Part shown: positions 1 through 11,800 of the stretch, piece after piece
How the letters are laid out: each line of letters opens with the position of its first letter
Numbering within the stretch: the stretch's first letter is position 1
Origin: Cyanophora paradoxa CCMP329
Taxonomy: Eukaryota > Plantae > Glaucophyta
Assembly (NCBI GenBank): GCA_004431415.1
Contig: QPMI01000209.1
Location: forward strand, 62,001-126,000
Direction of reading: 5' to 3'
DNA: 64,000 nt
The notes under the pieces: generated by a model
Told to the model about the DNA's origin: nothing
Seen by the model: only the letters and a program-made list of their open reading frames with translations
The model's database searches: none
Program-made: the position numbers and the translations under genes

Positions 1-1583
1 CTGGCAGCACGTGATCCCCCGCCTGACGCGGTCGGACTTCGCGCTCCCGACGCTGGCGCCGCTGCTGCGGGAGATCCAGGAGGGCCTTGTCCACGGCAAG
101 GGCTTCCACCTCGTGCGTTCCCCGCCCGCCCGCCGGCCGCCCCTCTCCTCCCCAGCAGAGCGTTCGCACGCCAGATCCGCGGGCTCCCCGCGCCGCCGGC
201 GACGACGCTGGACTCGGCGCTGGCGTTCTGGGCCATCGGCGCCCACGTCGGCGACGCCGTCCCTCAGAACGCCCAGGGCGCGCCGCCCCGGCCCGGCCGC
301 CTCTCCTCCCGCGCGGCTTCCTGATCATGACCGCTGGGCCTGGCAGGGCACGTGCTGGGGCACGTGAGGGACCTGGGGGCCGACCCCTCGCTCCCCACGA
401 CGCGCATCTACACCACGCGCGAGGCCCAGCGGTGCGGGCCGGGGGCGCCCCCGCCCGCTCCCTCCCGCCTGCACTTGAGTTCGCGACGGGGCGCGCAGGT
501 TCCACACGGACAGCTGCGACATCGTCGGCCTCATGTGCCTCGCCAAGGCGCCGGCCCCTGCTGGTCCAACCCCGCCCGCCGGACCCGAACCCGAACCCGC
601 GCCCCGCAGGCGAAGGAGGGCGGCCTCTCCTCCTGGTGCTCCTCCGTCACGGCGCGCCCGCCCCCTCCCCGCCCCCAGCGCCGGCGCCCGGTCCGACGGT
701 CCTGGGGGAACAGGTGTACAACGAGATGGCGAGGCGCCACCCCGAGCTGGTCGCGGAGCTGACGAGCGAGGCGCTCGTGTGGGACCGCAAGGGCGAGATC
801 CCCGCAGGCAAGGCGCGCCCCGGCGGCCGCACCCCCCTCGCCATCGCAGCCCTCGCCCCCCCCGCTGAACGCGCCCGCGCCCCCGCCGGCGCCCGCGCAG
901 CTGGCGTACTACAGCGGGGCGGTGATGAACTGGACGGGGGAGGGGCAGCTGAGCACCATCTACGACCGCTCCTTCTTCTTCGCCGCCCAGGCGCGCTTGG
1001 CGGCTCCGCCCCCGACGGCGAGCCCGCCCCCGCCCCCGCGCTCACGCCGCCCCGCAGCGCTTCCCGGAGGTCCCCCGCCTCACCGAGCGCCAGGTGCCGG
1101 CCGCCCCGGCAGCGGCGCTGTACCCCCCCCCCGGGGGGGGGGGGCGCGTCTGAGGTGGCGCAGGTGGCGGCGTTCGAGGCGCTGGAGGCGACGTGCGCGC
1201 GGGAGGACGTGAGCCTCCGCTTCGCCCTCGAGCCCGGCGACGTCCAGGCCCGCCCGCCCGCCCCGCCCGCCCCGGCGCCCGCCCCCGCGCCCGCGCCACG
1301 CCCCCGCCCCCTCCTCGCGCCGGCGCCGAGGCCTTTTCGGGCGCAGCTGCTCCACAACCACACGACGCTGCACGCGCGCTCCGCCTTCACCGACCACGCG
1401 CCCCCGCGCGGCAAGCGCCACCTCCTGCGCCTCTGGCTCAGCGCCCCCAACGGGCGGCCCCTCTCGGGCACCGCCTTCTCCGAGCGCTACGGCGGCGACC
1501 TCTCCTCCCCGGGGGCCCTCCGCGGCGGCATCCGCACCCCCGGGCAGGAGCCATACGCCCCGCTCGACGTCGACGCGGGGTAG
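1..1583 (+). CDS. TauD/TfdA-family Fe(II)/2-oxoglutarate-dependent dioxygenase (5'-partial, 9 visible introns)
   Basis: Spliced translation gives GKGFHLIRGLP...QNAQGHVLGHVRDLG...RIYTTREAQRFHTDSCDIVGLMCL (HxD motif), WDRKGEIP, and QLLHNHTTLHARSAFTD...RHLLRLWL (distal His and 2OG-binding Arg). Stop TAG is at 1581-1583. Confidence 0.88.
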
Positions 1584-1809
1584 CTTCCGATGTTCGAAAT
1601 TCGAATTTGTAAAGTATAATAAAAGCAGCAAAATACAAGACGACAAATCTGCACGCGACTGGTGATGCAATTGAAAGGGATCCCGAGGACGCGCTCGAGC
1701 TCGCCACTATACGCCGAGCGTCTAGCTTATAGCCAGAAGTGATCATGAAACGAGAGTATACGTACAGCGAAAAGAGAAAACGGATGTGAAGGGGCGGCGA
1801 GGGGCGGGG

Positions 1810-2515
1810 CTACCGCTTGGGGGCGGGGGGCGGGTTGTGCGGGGCCCGCGAGCAGATGGCGCCGCAGACGGCGTCCTGCAGGGACATGTTGTTGCGCAGG
1901 CGGAGGCCCGAGAAGACCGCCTCCAGCTGCCGCTTCCGGTTCCTCAGCGGCACCTTGATGTCGTACGGCACCTCCTCCTCCCGGATCGCCTGCCGCCCCG
2001 CCCCGCCCCTCGTCAGCGCGGCCTGCGGCGGGGCGGCGGGGCGGCGCGGCGCCGGCGCGCGCGCCTTCCTGCACTCTGCGTCCGACGAGAACTGTGTTGG
2101 AAGCCCGCCGATAAGGTGGACCGGCGACTTCGAAGCTTCCGCGCCCGCAGCTTCCAGCGCCCGTAACCGGAAGTGCTCGAGCCTGCGGGGCCGCGCGAGG
2201 TCAGCGATCGCGATCACGCAAGCTATGCATCGAAGCTTGAGCAGCGCGCACTTCTTTGGTAGCCGCACAAGCCTCTGGTGATCCTTCTTGTCGACGAAGG
2301 CGGAGATTCTATCCAGCTCGCTCTTGAAGTGGCGCACGACGTCGGTGGTCTCAGGCTGCACACAGCGATGTGCGGTGAGCGGCGCGAGGCGGCCGGCGGC
2401 AGCATTCGACGCGCTCTCGTCAGCGCACCAGCTCCGCGACGACGCAGTGCAGGTCGAAGATCGGCGGCACGCTGTCCGCCGTCACGGCGGCCTGCGTGGA
2501 CTCGCTTCCGCCCAT
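1810..2515 (-). CDS. small hypothetical protein with N-terminal MGxxxS (possible N-myristoylation) motif, 4 exons
   Basis: ATG at 2515 gives MGGSESTQAAVTADSVPPIFDLHCVVAEL|PETTDVVRHFKSELDRIS...|LEHFRLRALE...|IREEEVPYDIKVP...PAPKR*. Introns are GT/GC-AG with ctcac/ctgac branch-like motifs. No family recognised. Confidence 0.55.
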
Positions 2516-2543
2516 CCAGTCGTCTCGCCAGGCTGTCGGCAGG

Positions 2544-5500
2544 ATGTTTGATGTCAATCCGGACGGGTACAGGAGCCGGCTCGCTGTCATGGCCGCCGAA
2601 GAGGAAACGCGCGGGGAGTTCGAGGAGCTCGACCGCCTCCGCACGATCAAAACTGCGGCGGCCGAGCAGCTGCTCAAGTCCCGCCTGGGCGCCAGCTTTC
2701 GCAGCGGTCTCATCGGGCAAATTGAACTTGATTTCGACGAGGAGGACTGCGTCGTGAGCTTCCACTGCGTGCGCCGCCGTGCACCCCAGCCCGCCGCCGC
2801 CGCAACCTCCGCGTAACGCCCTAACCGCCGGACGGCGTACAGAACTACAAGGAGCTCGGCTTGCAGCCGGGAGTTTTGATCAGGTGCTAACGCGCACGCG
2901 GGGTCGGGGACGTGGACGCTGGGCCGGCATGACTGGTCAAGCTCCGAGCCTTCCTGACCTCTCGTGCCCGCAGTGTCACTGGCTCTCCGAAGTGCCTAGG
3001 CGAGAGCTTTATCCTTTTACAACGCGCGAATAATGCATAGAGGCCGCTCCGAGCTCGAGGCGGGCTGGCCCCAGCCTGGCCGGGGCTCGGGGCTGACGCC
3101 GCCGTCTAACGCCATCCCGTCTCCGCCGCAGGTGCGTGGGACGTCACGAAGAGCATCCCTATCAATGGTGAGCTTGAAAAGCGCCGCGGCGGCGCTCCCG
3201 CCGCCCGCCGCCGCCGCCGCGCGCACACGAGCTCGAGCGGCGGGCCGACACGAGGCGGTGGGCTGAGACGACGTGCCTGCAGAGCACGGCGGGCTATTTA
3301 TCCACATCTCCAAAACGTTGCTTCCCTTCGGTGCGGACGCCGCGGGATTCGCCGCGGCGCCCTGTGAGCTCGACGGCCGCGCAGAGTTCAAGTTCATCAT
3401 CCGCAAGGACGACCGCATCCTCTGTGGGCCCATTCGATCTCACATACACGAAAACATTCGATCCGGCCCGACCCTCCGTGCGCAGGGCAGCGCGGCTCGA
3501 ACTTCGCGATCGGCGCCAAGATGCCGGATCGGTTCCACATTTACGCCGATATGTTCATGGGCGAGGGTACGCCGTACCCGGCCCGCCGCGACGCCCGCGC
3601 GCATGTGCCGGCCCAGACAACGACGGCGCCGGCCGGCAGTGACGGACGCGAAGAAGAAGCCCATCACGTACAACGACTACAGCTGGAACCACTACGCGTG
3701 TGCCCGCCCCCGCTTCGAGTGCCGAGCGGAGGGAGATGCTGACGACCCGGCACCAGATGGGCCCTCACGAACAAGAACTCGTGTCAGGTCACGGTCGAGG
3801 CCGACCACATGTACCCCCTCTGCCTTCCTCCTCCCCCTCCCCCTCCTGCCGCCGAACGGCGTACCCCTGCAGGTACCTGGATCCTTCCTGCCGCATGCGC
3901 CGCCTCCTCGACAAGGTTCTACCCCACGCTCCGTACCCCTCCCCCCCTGCAGCCGACGTGCCCCTCCGTCCCCCAGGCGATGGCCGCGCTCGACAAGGCG
4001 CTCAACGTGCGCGCGTACCCCTCGGGCCGCGCAGCCCCGCCGGCTGCCGGTCTGATCGATGATGCGGGGCGCGGGGGCAGCCGCCGCGGCACAGCGAGGA
4101 GGACCTCGAGCCGCTTCGGGGCCGGCTGCGCGCCCTCGTCGCCCGCATCGACGCCCTCCAGCCGCTCCTGACCTCCCCCGAGGCGAGCGTGGCCCGCGGC
4201 CGCTCGCGCGGGGCCTGACGAGGCGGGGGGCAGGACCTGGGGGCGCTGGAGAGCCTGCAGAGGTACGTGGAGCTCTCCGCGGGGCAGCCGCACGGCGGCG
4301 AGGCCGGCGAGGCAGCCTTCCGCGTCGCCGCCGCCCAGGTCCCGCCCCGCACCCGCCCCGCCCGCCCCTGCCCCAGCGCGGCCGGCGCCGACCGGGGCCC
4401 GCCCGCCCGCAGGCGGCTGCGCTGATCGAGCGCGCCCGCGTCTCCCTCAACGAGGCGCCGGTGGGCCTGCGGGCGGTGCGGGTCGGGTGCGCGGAGGGAG
4501 CGGCCGCCGGCTCGCGGGGCGGCTGGGCGGAGCTGGCGTGGGCGCACGGCCCCGCCGGCGCCCCGCCGGCGTACGTCGTCCTCAAGGACGGCGTCCCCCT
4601 CGCGACGCTGCCGGGCAGCGCGACGGGCTTCAGGGCCGAGGGCCTCGCGGTGGGCGCCACGGCGGCGCTCTCGGTGGCGGCGCGGACGCCGCACGGGCCG
4701 GCGGCCGGCCCCGTGTGCGCCACGCCGGCGGCCGAGGGGCCGCAGCTCAGCGCCGCCCTCGCCGGCCCCACCAGCGCCCTGCTCGCCTGGACGGTCCCGG
4801 CGGTGGCGGCGGGCAGCGGGCCGGTCCTCTCGTACGACGTGGAGGCGAACGGGCAGAAGGTCGGGAGCGTGGAGGCGGGGGCCGGCAAGCCCGGCGACGG
4901 CCCGCTGACGTTCACGGCCGGCGGGCTGCGGCCGGGCTCGACTGTCGTCTTCCGCGTGGTCCCCGTGACCAAGGCGGGGCCCGGCCCGGCCTCGGCCCCC
5001 GTGCCGCTCCACATCGGCGCGGCGCCGCCCGTGCGCGCCGGCGGCTCGGACGCCGCGCTCGGGTTCCGCGCGGTGCGCGTCGGGAGCGCGCCGGGGGCCG
5101 CCGCCGGCGCCGCGAGCGGCTGGGCGGAGCTGGCGTGGAGCCACGGGCCGCACGGCGCCCCGGCTGCCTACGTCGTCCTCAAGGACGGGACGCCCCTGGC
5201 GGCCCTCGGCGGCAGCGCGACGAGCTTCAGGGCCGAGGGCCTCACCGTCGGCGCCCCCGCCGCGCTCGCGCTGGCCGTCGGCTCGCCCCAGGGGCCCCTC
5301 GCCGGCCCCGTCGTCGTCACGCCGGTGGCCTCGGAGGCGCCGCAGCTGACGGCGGCGCTGTCGGGGGCGACGAGCGCGCTGCTGGCGTGGAGCGCGCCGC
5401 AGGGCGCCGCCGCGCCGGCCCTCTCCTACGATGTCGAGAAGGACGGGGAGAAGATCGGCAGCATCGACGCCGCCAAGGCAGGCGAGGGTCCGCTCACCTT

Positions 5501-7744
5501 CGCCGCCGCCGGCCTCGCCCCGGGCGCCACTGCCGTCTTCCGCGTGGTTCCCGTGACCAAGGCGGGGGCCGGCCCCGCCTCCGCCCCCGTGCCCCTCTTT
5601 GTCGGTTCCACCCGCCCCGGCCCCACCTCGAGCTCCGAGGCGCCGGTGGGCCTGCGGGCGGTGCAGGTCGGGTGCGCGGAGGGGGCGGCGGCCGGCTCGC
5701 GGGGCGGCTGGGCGGAGCTGGCGTGGGCGCACGGCCCCGCTGGCGCCCCGCCGTCGTACGTCGTCCTCAAGGACGGCGTCCCCCTCGCGACGCTGCCGGG
5801 CAGCGCGACGGGCTTCAGGGCCGAGGGCCTCGCGGTGGGCGCCACGGCGGCGCTCTCGGTGGCGGCGCGGACGCCGCACGGGCCGGCGGCCGGCCCCGTG
5901 TGCGCCACGCCGGCGGCCGAGGGGCCGCAGCTCAGCGCCGCCCTCGCCGGCCCCACCAGCGCCCTGCCCGCCTGGACGGTCCTGGCGGCGGCGGCGGGCA
6001 GCGGGCCGGTCCTCTCGTACGACGTGGAGGCGAACGGGCAGAAGGTCGGGAGCGTGGAGGCGGGGGCCGGCAAGGCCGGCGAGGGCCCGCTGACGTTCAC
6101 GGCCGGCGGGCTGCGGCCGGGCTCGACTGTCGTCTTCCGCGTGATCCCGGTGACCAAGGCGGGGGCCGGCCCGGCCTCCGCCCCCGTGCCCCTGTACGTC
6201 TCGGCCGCGCTCCAGGCGCCGGCCTCGCCTGCGGCTTCGTCGCTGGCCGTGGCGCCGGCCGACGGGGAGCACGGCTCGCCGGCGCGCCCCACGATGGGCG
6301 CCATCCGCCGCTCCTCCCTCGGCACCTCCGACGGCGAGCTCGCCAGGTGCGGGGTACCCGATTCTAGGCACACCCGGCCGGCGGACCCTGAGCCAAGGCG
6401 CGCGCAGCCCCGAGTCGAGCATGGACCGCGGCAAGGCCCTCGCGATCTCTAACGAGTTCCGCGTCCTCGCCCGCCTGGTACCCCCCACCACTCGCCCCCT
6501 CCACCGACGCCTGCGAAACGCCGTACCCCCCGCAAAGGTGCCGGGGAAGGAGGCGGAGCTGGCGGTGCTGGAGGCGATGCTCTCCAACGCGGACGCCCTC
6601 GCCCGCGCGCCCCGCGCTCCCGCCCCTTTCCCTCCCGCCGGCTCCCGTCTGAGGTGCGGGCAGGCCTGCGGGGGGAGCTGGCGGGCCTGCGGGAGCGCGA
6701 GGCAGCGCTCCTGCGTGACCTCGAGGCCGCCCGCGCCACCGCCGCCGCCGCCAGCGCCGCCGCCGCCGTGCCCCAACGCCCCGCCCCGCCCCCGCCCCGC
6801 CCCGCCGTGCTGAGCCCGGGCCGGCGCGTGCACGCAGGAGCGCTGCCGCGCGCTCGAGGCGGAGCTCGCCGAGCTCTTGGCCCTCCTCGCGGTGCCCGCC
6901 CGCGCGCGCGCCCCTCCCGAATCGGGCCCCGGCCGGATTCGAACCCGCGGGGCGCGCGCAGGCCAAGGAGAATGAGCTCGAGGCGCTGCGGCGGGAGGTC
7001 GAGGGCCTGCGGGTGCGCGCCCGCCGCCGGCCGGCCCTCCCGCTCTGCCCCGGTCCGAGCGCGGGTGCGCCCTCCAGTCGCAGAAGGCGGGCCTGGACGC
7101 GCGCGTCGCGGAGCTCGCGGCCGCCGGCGACGCCGCCAAGGCCGAGGCGCGCCCGCCCCGCAGAGCCGGCCCCGCGCCGCGGCCGCGGCCGCCGCCCTCA
7201 CGCGCCGGGGCAGATCGCGGCGCTGAAGGCGAAGCTGGCGGCCGCGGAGGCCCGCGCCGCCGCCCTCGAGCGCGACCTGAAGGTGCCCGCGCGCGCCCCT
7301 CCCGCATCTCCCACCTCTACCTCCGTTCCGAGCGCCGCGGCAGGCGCGGGAGGGGGAGCTGCTGGAGGTGGCGAGGGAGGTGGCGGCCATCCGGGACGCC
7401 AGCACCGGCATCTCCCGCGACCTCGACGCCGTGCCCCCCCCGCCCCCCTCGCCCGCCTCGCCCGCCTCGCCCGCCCACGCGCGGGGGCGCCAGATGGCCG
7501 ACCGGAAGCTGGACGTCCACGCCCGCGTCTGCATCTGCGGCCGGCAGGCCCCGGGTGGCGGCCCCGGCCAGGCGAGCCCCCCCCGCCGCCCCCGTACCGG
7601 TCCCGGCTGAGAGGCGCCCGCTCACGGCAGCACCGGCAGTCGCCGGGGAGCGTGAACCCGGCGGCGGGCCGGCGGGGCGGCGGCGGCGGCAGCGGCGGCG
7701 GCCACTCCTTTCGCAGCGTCGCCTCAGACGACAGCGCCTTCTGA
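2544..7744 (+). CDS. multidomain protein: CBM20 starch-binding domain + six fibronectin type III-like domains + C-terminal coiled coil
   Basis: Spliced exons at about 2745-3520 read VVSFHCNYKELGLQPGVLISVTGSPKCLGAWDVTKSIPIN...FEFKFIIRKDDRILWQRGSNF, matching the CBM20 pattern (G-S...LG-W, EFKF, W-x-x-G-x-N). The exon at 4412-6346 encodes three units of two FN3-like domains (LAW...YVV...F-A-GL; LAW...SYDVE...GLRPGSTVVFRVVPVT-AG-GPAS). Heptad-rich exons follow at 6400-7520. Stop TGA is at 7742-7744. Confidence 0.72.
4452..6194 (+). repeat. intragenic A-B-A' triplication of a two-FN3 unit; A (4452-5009) and A' (5637-6194) are nearly identical 558-bp copies
   Basis: Both copies start gaggcgccggtgggcctgcgggcggtgc and align colinearly with few substitutions. 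The middle unit (about 5056-5598) is clearly more diverged. Confidence 0.9.
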
Positions 7745-8038
7745 GGGCCCGTGAGGGCCCTTTTCCCGGCCGGACCGCGCACGGGCGCCGTGCCCTTGTT
7801 CTTTACTTTCTGTTCTTTCCTGCACAGAGCCCCCTTCGCTGTTGCGGAGGGGGTCCCATAATTGACTTAGCTTTTAGATGTGTACCTTGCCGCAGGCACG
7901 CAGTGTAGATCTTGAGTAGCCGCAAATTACCGTGTCACAGCTACGATGCTTATTGTAATTTGTAAAGTACACCGCACATTTTCCCCTGACCGTCGGACTC
8001 TAGCCCAGTGTCTGTGTAATTATATAAAAAGCTTGCAA

Positions 8039-8332
8039 TTAATATTTCCAGCTAGGCCGGTACCACGCGCGCGGGGCCGGCCCGCAGCCGCGGCCGGCGA
8101 CTGCCGCTGCTGCTAGCGCTTCGCGCGTGCGCTGCAGCGGCGGCCCCCGACGCCGGCGTTCGGATCCGCATGCGCAAGTCTCCCCTAGCATCGTGTTGAG
8201 CAGCGATGACTTTCCGTCGCCGGTCTTCCCGACGACCGCATGCGCAATGACGACGGCTTGCGGCAGGGGCGCATCGGCACGAACGCTAATCGTGCGTCGA
8301 AGCTGTGCCGCTTGACTCGGAGGGGGCATCAA
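8039..8332 (-). pseudogene. relic of a P-loop GTPase (dynamin-like/SLIP-GC/AIG1-type N-terminus)
   Basis: Reads LPQAVVIA[HA]VVGKTGDGKSSLLNTMLGE, a Walker A GxxxxGKS after a hydrophobic strand. No downstream G3/G4 motifs follow before the AT-rich spacer, and the strand before the P-loop carries an apparent 6-bp palindromic insertion. Confidence 0.55.
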
Positions 8333-8800
8333 TGTCGTTCAACGGTTCAGCTGCAACGTACGCGTTAACTGGGCAGAGTTTAAATGGCGTACCCGAAGCA
8401 GGTGGACGCGCACGAAGCAGACTGTACCCCAGGTCCATTGACTTTGGTTGCCTCAGGGACTCGACTGCGAGTTTTTTTCGTCCTGCTTCTCGTACCGGTA
8501 TCAACGATCAGTGCATTGTTCGCGGTCGCTGTTCATCGCGTCACGCAACTTCGGCGAGCGAGGAGCTACCGGTAGTCGCGTCATTCGAAGTCGCAGCTAG
8601 CCGCGGCGAGCATCCCCCGAAGCCTCGAGCTCCCGGCCGCGAAGTCGCCGTTCGTCCCTCAGCATCCCTCTAGCCGAGCCTCCCGTATTCCCGGTGCGTA
8701 CGTGCGTCAACTCGCGTTTTTCGGACGCGGCCGGGACGCCCGCGTCCGGCTCTCGGCTTGCGCTGAAAAACGTCATCGCTGCAGACAAACACGCGCAACG

Positions 8801-11800
8801 ATGCCGCCGATGGGCCTTGATCTGTCGAAGTTCGCGCTCTGGGACGAGGTTTTCCACCCCCAGGTGCGAGCTACAAGCTCGAGGAGCTCCCAGTCTCGGG
8901 GAAAAGTGCGGTGACGCGGGGCGTCCCCCTCCGAGCAGAGCGGTCCCCGTCGCATCGTCATTCTCTATGGCACGCAGACTGGCACGGTTCGTCGGCTCCC
9001 ACTTCTTTGCATTCGCCGTAACCGAATTTCCCGTTCGCAGAGCGAGGGCTTCGCCAAGGCGGTAGGAGCATTCCCCGCGCTTCGCCGCCGCGACTGCTCA
9101 CGCGTACGCAGGTCTTCGCCTCGGCTTCGGCTCGCAACTACGATGTCAGGATATCGTGCATGGATCGCTACGATTGCTCGAAGCTCGCCGAGGAGGACGT
9201 CATCGTCTGCCTGACTTCCACTTTCTGTGCGTTTTCCGCCGTTACGTTCAGCGGCGCTCGCGCAAGCACCCGTGTGCTTACTCGCGGGCCGCTCGCAGAC
9301 AATGGTGAGTTTCCGGACAACGCGCGTTCGTTCTGGGCCTTCGTCAACAGCGCCGACCGCCCTGCGGACTCCCTCTCGAAGACCTCGTACGCGATGCTCC
9401 AAATTCGATCGCATCGAGGCGCTTATTCTCGGCGACGCAGGTTCGCCGTGTTCGGCCTCGGCAACAAGAAGAACGTGGAGAACTTCAACTCGGCCGGCAA
9501 GATGCTCGACGAGGTGCGCGCCTCGCTATGCGTGCGTACGCAGCCGCACTGATTGCCGCCTTTCTTGCAGAGGTTGGCTGCGCTCGGCTCGAAGCGCCTG
9601 GTTCCCATCGGTTCGCTGCGCTGAAACTCGCTCGCGCTCGTCCGCATCTGATCGCCGGCGCCCAGGCCTCGGCGACGAGTACGACCAGAACGGTCACGAG
9701 TCGGCCTACCGCCCGTGGGTCAAGAGCCTCTGGGCGGCCCTCGGCTCGAGCGAGGCCAAGCGCCACCTCCCGATCACCATGAACTGCGAGCTCTCGAGCG
9801 ACAAGTCGGCCCCCGCCGCGGCCGCCGTCCCCGCCGGCTTCGCCTCCCTCAAAGTCGGTGCGCCCCCGCCGCGCCGCGCCGCGCCGCGCGCGAACGCCCC
9901 TCGGGCCGGCGCCTCACGCCGCCCGCAGTGTCGAACGACCTGCTCTCGGCCACGGGCTACGACCGCGAGGAGCGCATGCTCGTGCTTGACCTCGCCGGCT
10001 CGCCCTTCGCCTCGTACGAGCTCGGGAGCCAGATCCTCGTGCAGCCGCGCAACTCGGCCCAGAAGGTGGCGCGCACCGCGGCGGCCCTCAAGCTCGACCT
10101 GGACGCCGTCGTCAGCGTCTCGGCGGTGGCGGGGCAGCACTCGCAGTCGGAGGAGATGCCGATCGCGGCCTCGCTGACCGTGCGGGACCTCCTCTCCAGC
10201 TACCTCGACGTCTCCAGCGCTGTCTCGCGCACCCTCCTCGAGGGCCTCAGCATCCTCGCCGCCGACAAGAAGGAGGCCGAGGAGATGGAGAAGATCGCCA
10301 CCGACATGCTCCCCGGTGCGCCCCGCTCCCCGTGCCCGCTCGGCGCCAGCCCTCGCCCTGACCGGGCGCCCCGCAGGCAACGAGTACGGCCGCCTGATGA
10401 CGACCGAGTCCTTCTCGCTGGCGGACGTGCTGGAGCGCTGGCGCAGCGTCTCGATCACGCTGAGCGAGCTCGTCTCGAACGTGCCGCGCGTGGGCCCCCG
10501 CCACTACTCGGTCGCGAGCTCGCCGCTGGTCAAGCCCAAGAGCATCGAGATCCTGTACGTGCTGGACACGTGGGCGACGAAGAAGGGCCCGGCCTTCGAG
10601 GGCCTCTGCACGCGCCACATGGCGTCGCTCAAGGCTGGCGACACCGTGCTCGCCAAGATCGCCCGCGGCGGCATCGCCCTGCCCTCGGACCACGGCCTGC
10701 CCCTCGTCGGCGTCGCCCTCGGCTCGGGCATCGGCGTCTTCCGCGGCATCCTCGAGCACCGCGCCTCCCTGCAGGCCAAGGGCAAGAAGGTCGGGTGCGC
10801 GCCCTCGACGAGGCTTCGGCCGGAGCTCCGGGCCCCCTCCACGCCCCTCCCCAGCCGAGCTGACTTGCGCGCAGGCGCGTGACGCTCTTCTACGGGTGCC
10901 GGCACCGGACCAAGGACTACCTCTTCGAGAAGGACTTCCAGGAGTGGGCGAAGAAGGGCCTCGCCGACGTCGTGCCGAGCTTCAGCCACGACCAGGCCGA
11001 GTTCATCCACCCGGGCATGAAGATCGCGGAGAACCCGCACAAGGTCGCCGACACGCTCGACGCCAACGGCGTCTACGTCTACTGCGGCATCGGCGGCTCC
11101 GTCCCGGGCATCGTGCTCGACAGCCTCATCGCGGCCGTCCGCTCCAAGAAGCAGCTCTCCGACTCGCAGGGCGCCGAGCTCCTCGCCAAGATGCGCAAGG
11201 AGAAGCGCATCGTCGAGGAGGCGTACAGCCGCTCCATCGACGCCGAGAACGCGCTCGGCAGCGTGCAGCTGCGCAAGGGCGGCCACGCCGACGCGGCCGA
11301 CGAGTCCAAGCCGATCGCCGAGTCGTGCGGGGACGCCAAGATGTTCTGCTTCCAGTGCGAGCAGACGGCGTTCGGCAAGGGCTGCACCACCGTCGGCATC
11401 TGCGGCAAGACCCCCGAGGTTGCCGCCCTCCAGGACCTCCTCGTCCACCGCGTCCAGGTGCCCCCGCCCGCCCCGCTCGCTCGTGCTTCTGGGCCAACGC
11501 TCACCGCCTCGGTTCCGCCGCCCGGCAGGTCATGAGCTGGTACGCGCACCAGCTGCGCAAGCTCGCGGAGGAGCACAAGAACCTGACGGCGGAGGAGACG
11601 GAGATCCCGGCCGGCAACCGCTACACGCTCATCGGCATGTTCTCCACGCTGACCAACGTCAACTTCTCGGCCCAGCGCATGCTCGAGTACATCGCCGAGT
11701 GCCGCGACTTCACCACCAAGTACGTCGCCATGTACAAGGCCGCCTGCAAGAAGGCCGGCGTCAAGGAGCGCCAGTGCCCCGCCCCCGTTCAGACCGGCGC

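Noticed and set aside
4002-7307. 1101-aa minus-strand ORF and similar very long Arg/Gly/Pro/Ala-rich ORFs (e.g. 24667-27186, 47659-49518, 54434-56278)
   Set aside because: They are antisense or off-frame shadows of real spliced genes. Stop codons are rare at this GC content, and the translations have no domain motifs.
8597-8857. Minus-strand [15 protein letters not shown]...
   Set aside because: It is antisense to the first exon of the HCP fusion and has no recognisable motif.
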